A stretch of DNA of 26,403 nt, taken from assembly GCA_031425655.1 (NCBI GenBank), contig JANPJS010000005.1, forward strand, positions 1 through 26,403, in the 5' to 3' direction. Position numbers and translations under genes: made by a program. This stretch comes from Abditibacteriaceae bacterium (GTDB lineage: Bacteria > Armatimonadota > Abditibacteriia > Abditibacteriales > Abditibacteriaceae). A model generated the notes under the pieces. That model did not search any database, had not been told where the DNA came from, and saw only the letters and a program-made list of their open reading frames with translations. Below are positions 23,470 through 26,403 of this stretch, one piece after another (position 1 is the first letter of the stretch; each line of letters begins with the position of its first letter).

Positions 23470-23799
23470 TCACACACTGCCACTTCTCGCGATAATTTTC
23501 GCTTTTTCCTCATCAGTTAGAGTCGGCGAGCCATTCACGGCGATGTCCGTCGTCATTTGCAACGAACGGCCTAAAGCTTCAAGAATAACGCCTACTACAA
23601 ATAAAATTAAAGCCAGACAACTCAGTGATCTAAACCACCAGCCCAATTCGCTGCTGCCGGGCGCAGAAGAAAAAAGGCCCAGCATACACGCCAAAAGTAA
23701 AAGCATCGGCGCCAAATTATTGAACACCTTCCCCAAACTCATGGCTCGCCGAGCCGATTGATAGCTTTGCCAGTAGCGAAACTCATTTTCCATCGCCAT
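23470..23799 (-). CDS. Hypothetical membrane protein (2 TM)
   Basis: Two hydrophobic helices; tail ALGRSLQMTTDIAVNGSPTLTDEEKAKII; start lies inside the dapB remnant. Confidence 0.7.
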   Translation of the reverse strand: MAMENEFRYWQSYQSARRAMSLGKVFNNLAPMLLLLACMLGLFSSAPGSSELGWWFRSLSCLALILFVVGVILEALGRSLQMTTDIAVNGSPTLTDEEKAKIIARSGSV

Positions 23800-23860
23800 A
23801 TGCTTTCACGACCTCGCGGCCTATGCGCCCCGCCGCGCCAGCGACTAAAACTTTAATCAT
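23783..23860 (-). pseudogene. Diverged duplicate of the dapB 5' end (25 codons + stop)
   Basis: MIKVLVAGAAGRIGREVVKAYGDGK* vs DapB MIRVLVSGAAGRMGREVVKAVVGDG; 52/60 nt identical over the first 20 codons. Confidence 0.88.
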
Positions 23861-24398
23861 GATTCTCTGTAATGGGTTTACCGGGATTAAGCATCAGCTG
23901 CCATACAGGATGCACCCAACGAACTACGAACGGGCGAAGAAAGGCCAGCAATACAAGCACACTAATATAAACATTGAAGCAGAGAGAGCCTTCTATCCGT
24001 CGTCCTAAGCCAAAAGTAGAAACAAAAAAATACGCCCCCAAAAATGCCACAACAACTATTACCTCACCCCAAAGGGCGAGCCACGCTTTCCACCAGCGCG
24101 CAGGTATATGCCGCATTTGGATGGCCGCACACACGCCCGTAATCACAAGAAGAATTCCATTTGCTCGAACAATGCCTGCCCAATCCCTGTGGGCATAATC
24201 AGGATAGCCGAAGTTCAAAGGACTATCACCGGAATCGAAAATCGCTGGTGTATAACAAGAAACAATTGTCGGCAAAGATACGAGAATAGAAAGAATGCCA
24301 AAGACCATTAGCAGCCACAAGCACTTTTTACGCATCTGCCACGCTACACCGTGAACCAATAATGCGCCTAAATTTCCAACTAAAATTGCCAGTAGCAT
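23853..24398 (-). CDS. Hypothetical multi-pass membrane protein, lower GC
   Basis: About five hydrophobic segments; visibly more AT-rich than flanking core genes; ATG 9 nt after the M16 stop. Confidence 0.7.
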   Translation of the reverse strand: MLLAILVGNLGALLVHGVAWQMRKKCLWLLMVFGILSILVSLPTIVSCYTPAIFDSGDSPLNFGYPDYAHRDWAGIVRANGILLVITGVCAAIQMRHIPARWWKAWLALWGEVIVVVAFLGAYFFVSTFGLGRRIEGSLCFNVYISVLVLLAFLRPFVVRWVHPVWQLMLNPGKPITENHD

Positions 24399-24407
24399 TT
24401 GTCGCCC

Positions 24408-25682
24408 TCAGCCCACATCCACCGCCAGCATTTCGCCGTCCGGCAGCGGGCCGATAGCGGTCATGTTCATCAAACTCGCGTCGAACATTTCGTTCGCTAC
24501 CTTGTGAATGTCTTCGGGCGTGACGCTCATTACGTCGGCGAGAACTTGCTCGGTGCTGCGCTGAAAGCCGAAATATAATTCGTTGCGCGCGATGCGAGTC
24601 ATCTGCGACGACGAACTTTCCTCCGACAGCAAAATGTTGGCGCGGGCCAGTTGCAAAGCGCGCTTCCATTCGGCGCGCTTTGCGCCGTCTTTTTTCATCT
24701 TCCGCAGTTCGCGCCCGATTAGGTCAACGGTTTTACGCGCCGATTCGGGCGCCAGACTCGCTTCGACGGCCCAGAATCCGCCTTTGCGATAATTCGCCGT
24801 CAGGCCGCCGATACTGTAAGCAAGGCCGCGTTTTTCGCGGATTTCCTGAAACAAACGCGACGAATAGCCGCCGGTCATAATCGAATCTAAAATCCAGCAG
24901 GCGAAACGGCGCGGATCGTCAAAAGCATAGGAGCGCGTGCCGCAAACCAGATGCACCTGCTCGGTTTCGCGCCGCACGATTTCGCGTCCCGCTTTCACTG
25001 CCGGAAGCGGCGGTTGGCGCCGCGCGCGGTCATTATTTTCCGGCGCAAGGCCACTGAGCAGCTTTTCCACGCGGCGCGCGATGTCGTCGTGTTTTACGTC
25101 GCCGACCGCGACGACAACCACGTTTTTCGGCGTGTAATGCGTTTGCAGAAAGCGCCGCACGTCCTCAGCACTGAACTTCGAGACGCTTTCAACGGTGCCG
25201 GCGATAGGATCGCCCCAACGCGAACGCGGCCAGATCGTCGCGGCAAAAAGTTCCTCGACCCATTCTTCGGGCACATCTTCCGTCCCGCGAATTTCTTCGG
25301 TGATGACGCCTTTTTCCAATTCGAGATCATCGGCATCCAAGCGCGGCGCCGTGACTAAATCGCACAGCAAATCCAGAGCAATCGGCAAGTGTTCGGACAG
25401 CACTTTGGTGTGATAACAAACGTGTTCCAAATCGGTAAAAGCGTTCATTTGCCCGCCGATAGAATCCATTTGCGCCGCGATTTTATGCGAACTGCGCCGG
25501 CTGGTGCCCTTGAAAACCAGATGTTCCAGCATATGCGCCAGACCGCGCTCGTTTTCGCGCTCGTAAATCGCGCCGGCGTTGATCCAAATGCCAACCGTGA
25601 CGCTATGCACCGTCGGATGGCGCTCGGTTAAAACGCGGAGGCCGTTGGAAAAGGTCGTTTTTTCAAACTGAGAGTTTTGCAT
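24408..25682 (-). CDS. M16 family (pitrilysin-like) zinc peptidase
   Basis: NGLRVLTE, GLAHMLEHLVFKGT (HXXEH), NAFT, SSRLFQEIREKRGLAYS. Confidence 0.95.
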   Translation of the reverse strand: MQNSQFEKTTFSNGLRVLTERHPTVHSVTVGIWINAGAIYERENERGLAHMLEHLVFKGTSRRSSHKIAAQMDSIGGQMNAFTDLEHVCYHTKVLSEHLPIALDLLCDLVTAPRLDADDLELEKGVITEEIRGTEDVPEEWVEELFAATIWPRSRWGDPIAGTVESVSKFSAEDVRRFLQTHYTPKNVVVVAVGDVKHDDIARRVEKLLSGLAPENNDRARRQPPLPAVKAGREIVRRETEQVHLVCGTRSYAFDDPRRFACWILDSIMTGGYSSRLFQEIREKRGLAYSIGGLTANYRKGGFWAVEASLAPESARKTVDLIGRELRKMKKDGAKRAEWKRALQLARANILLSEESSSSQMTRIARNELYFGFQRSTEQVLADVMSVTPEDIHKVANEMFDASLMNMTAIGPLPDGEMLAVDVG

Positions 25683-25735
25683 GGGACAGAAACGCTTCGC
25701 GTCGGCATTTGCCTTGCAAAGTCACGGCAAAGACA

Positions 25736-25744
25736 ATATTAGCA
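25736..25744 (-). promoter_or_regulatory. Possible extended -10 element for the M16-dap run
   Basis: Minus strand TG-C-TAATAT about 54 nt upstream of the M16 ATG. Confidence 0.3.
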
Positions 25745-25778
25745 AGGCCGACGATTCGGACTTGCAAAAGGAGCAAAA

Positions 25779-26249
25779 ATGATTAAGAGATCATGGAAAG
25801 CACTGGCCGGATGCGTTTTATTCGCTGCCTTGTGCAGCGCGATGCCGACACCGGCGCAGGCGCAGAGCATCAACGAGAAGGTCGCCGTAGACACAACGGT
25901 GCCGAACCCCTGCAAAGCGGGCGAAGCCGTCCGTCTGACAGGTAACTTGCACGTCGTTCTTCGTGTGAAAAACACCAAAGACGGCAGCACAGTGACGGGT
26001 CATGTCAACGCCGCCGGATTGAAGGGCGAAGGCGCGCCCAGTGGACTTAAATACACGGCGTCTGGCACCGGCAAAATCGAGGGAAGCGGCTCAACTCCGC
26101 CTGCAACCTTTACGGTCACAGGGAAATTTCGCCTGAATAGTCAGGGTTCCGCCGACAATCTTAAAGGCACGGCGACGTTGAAAATCAACGTCAAAGCGGA
26201 CGGCACTTACACGGTCACAACCGAAGCACTGACTTTGGATTGCAAGTAA
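25779..26249 (+). CDS. Secreted hypothetical beta-rich protein
   Basis: RBS aaggag; signal peptide ending AQA; Thr/Gly-rich strands with two Cys in the mature part (NPC...LDCK). Confidence 0.8.
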   Translation: MIKRSWKALAGCVLFAALCSAMPTPAQAQSINEKVAVDTTVPNPCKAGEAVRLTGNLHVVLRVKNTKDGSTVTGHVNAAGLKGEGAPSGLKYTASGTGKIEGSGSTPPATFTVTGKFRLNSQGSADNLKGTATLKINVKADGTYTVTTEALTLDCK

Positions 26250-26296
26250 CCCAAGTTGCTACCCATCACATCCGAAGTAATGGAGCCACATTCATG

Positions 26297-26403
26297 CCCC
26301 CATCCAACCCTGCCCAAAGGGCGCCCGCCCGGTGGGGGAAGAGCTGGGCTTCTCAAGGAATTTTGCCCGTGAAAAGCGTAACTCTTCCCCCACCGGGCGG
26401 GCG
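26297..26403. repeat. REP-like palindrome truncated by window end
   Basis: cgcccgcccggtgggggaagag (26322-26343) is the exact reverse complement of 26382-26403; contains cctgcccaaagggcgccc (26309-26326). Confidence 0.85.

Overview
Gene-dense, GC-rich bacterial chromosomal window. The DUF1559/H-X9-DG protein, TonB, Terrabacteria-type M16-dapB-asd-dapA-rnj synteny and many small palindromes suggest Armatimonadota/Abditibacteriota (inference). Left third: a Ser/Thr phospho-signalling locus. A minus-strand operon encodes a pseudokinase-PP2C fusion, a vWA protein, an exported DUF1559 protein, a double-Zn-ribbon/atypical FHA protein and a sirtuin. It is divergent from a kinase with two tandem FGE-sulfatase (C-type-lectin fold) domains whose near-identical scaffolds end in unrelated, NNY-codon-rich segments, as expected for diversity-generating-retroelement (DGR) target regions; no RT or template repeat is visible here. 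Middle: rlmN with an in-frame palindromic heptamer insertion, a PTP-fold/cytochrome c' fusion, a TonB-dependent receptor 3' remnant plus TonB, a GNAT and nnrD. Right half: a long minus-strand run (M16 peptidase, dapB, asd, dapA, udg, rnj, GH26, nucleotidyltransferase) with accessory ORFs at most junctions, including a diverged duplicate of the dapB 5' end and two tandem paralogous microproteins. About eight REP-like palindromes of several families lie between or within genes, and two unrelated ones share an 18-bp module. No rRNA, tRNA, CRISPR array, transposase or integrase was recognised.
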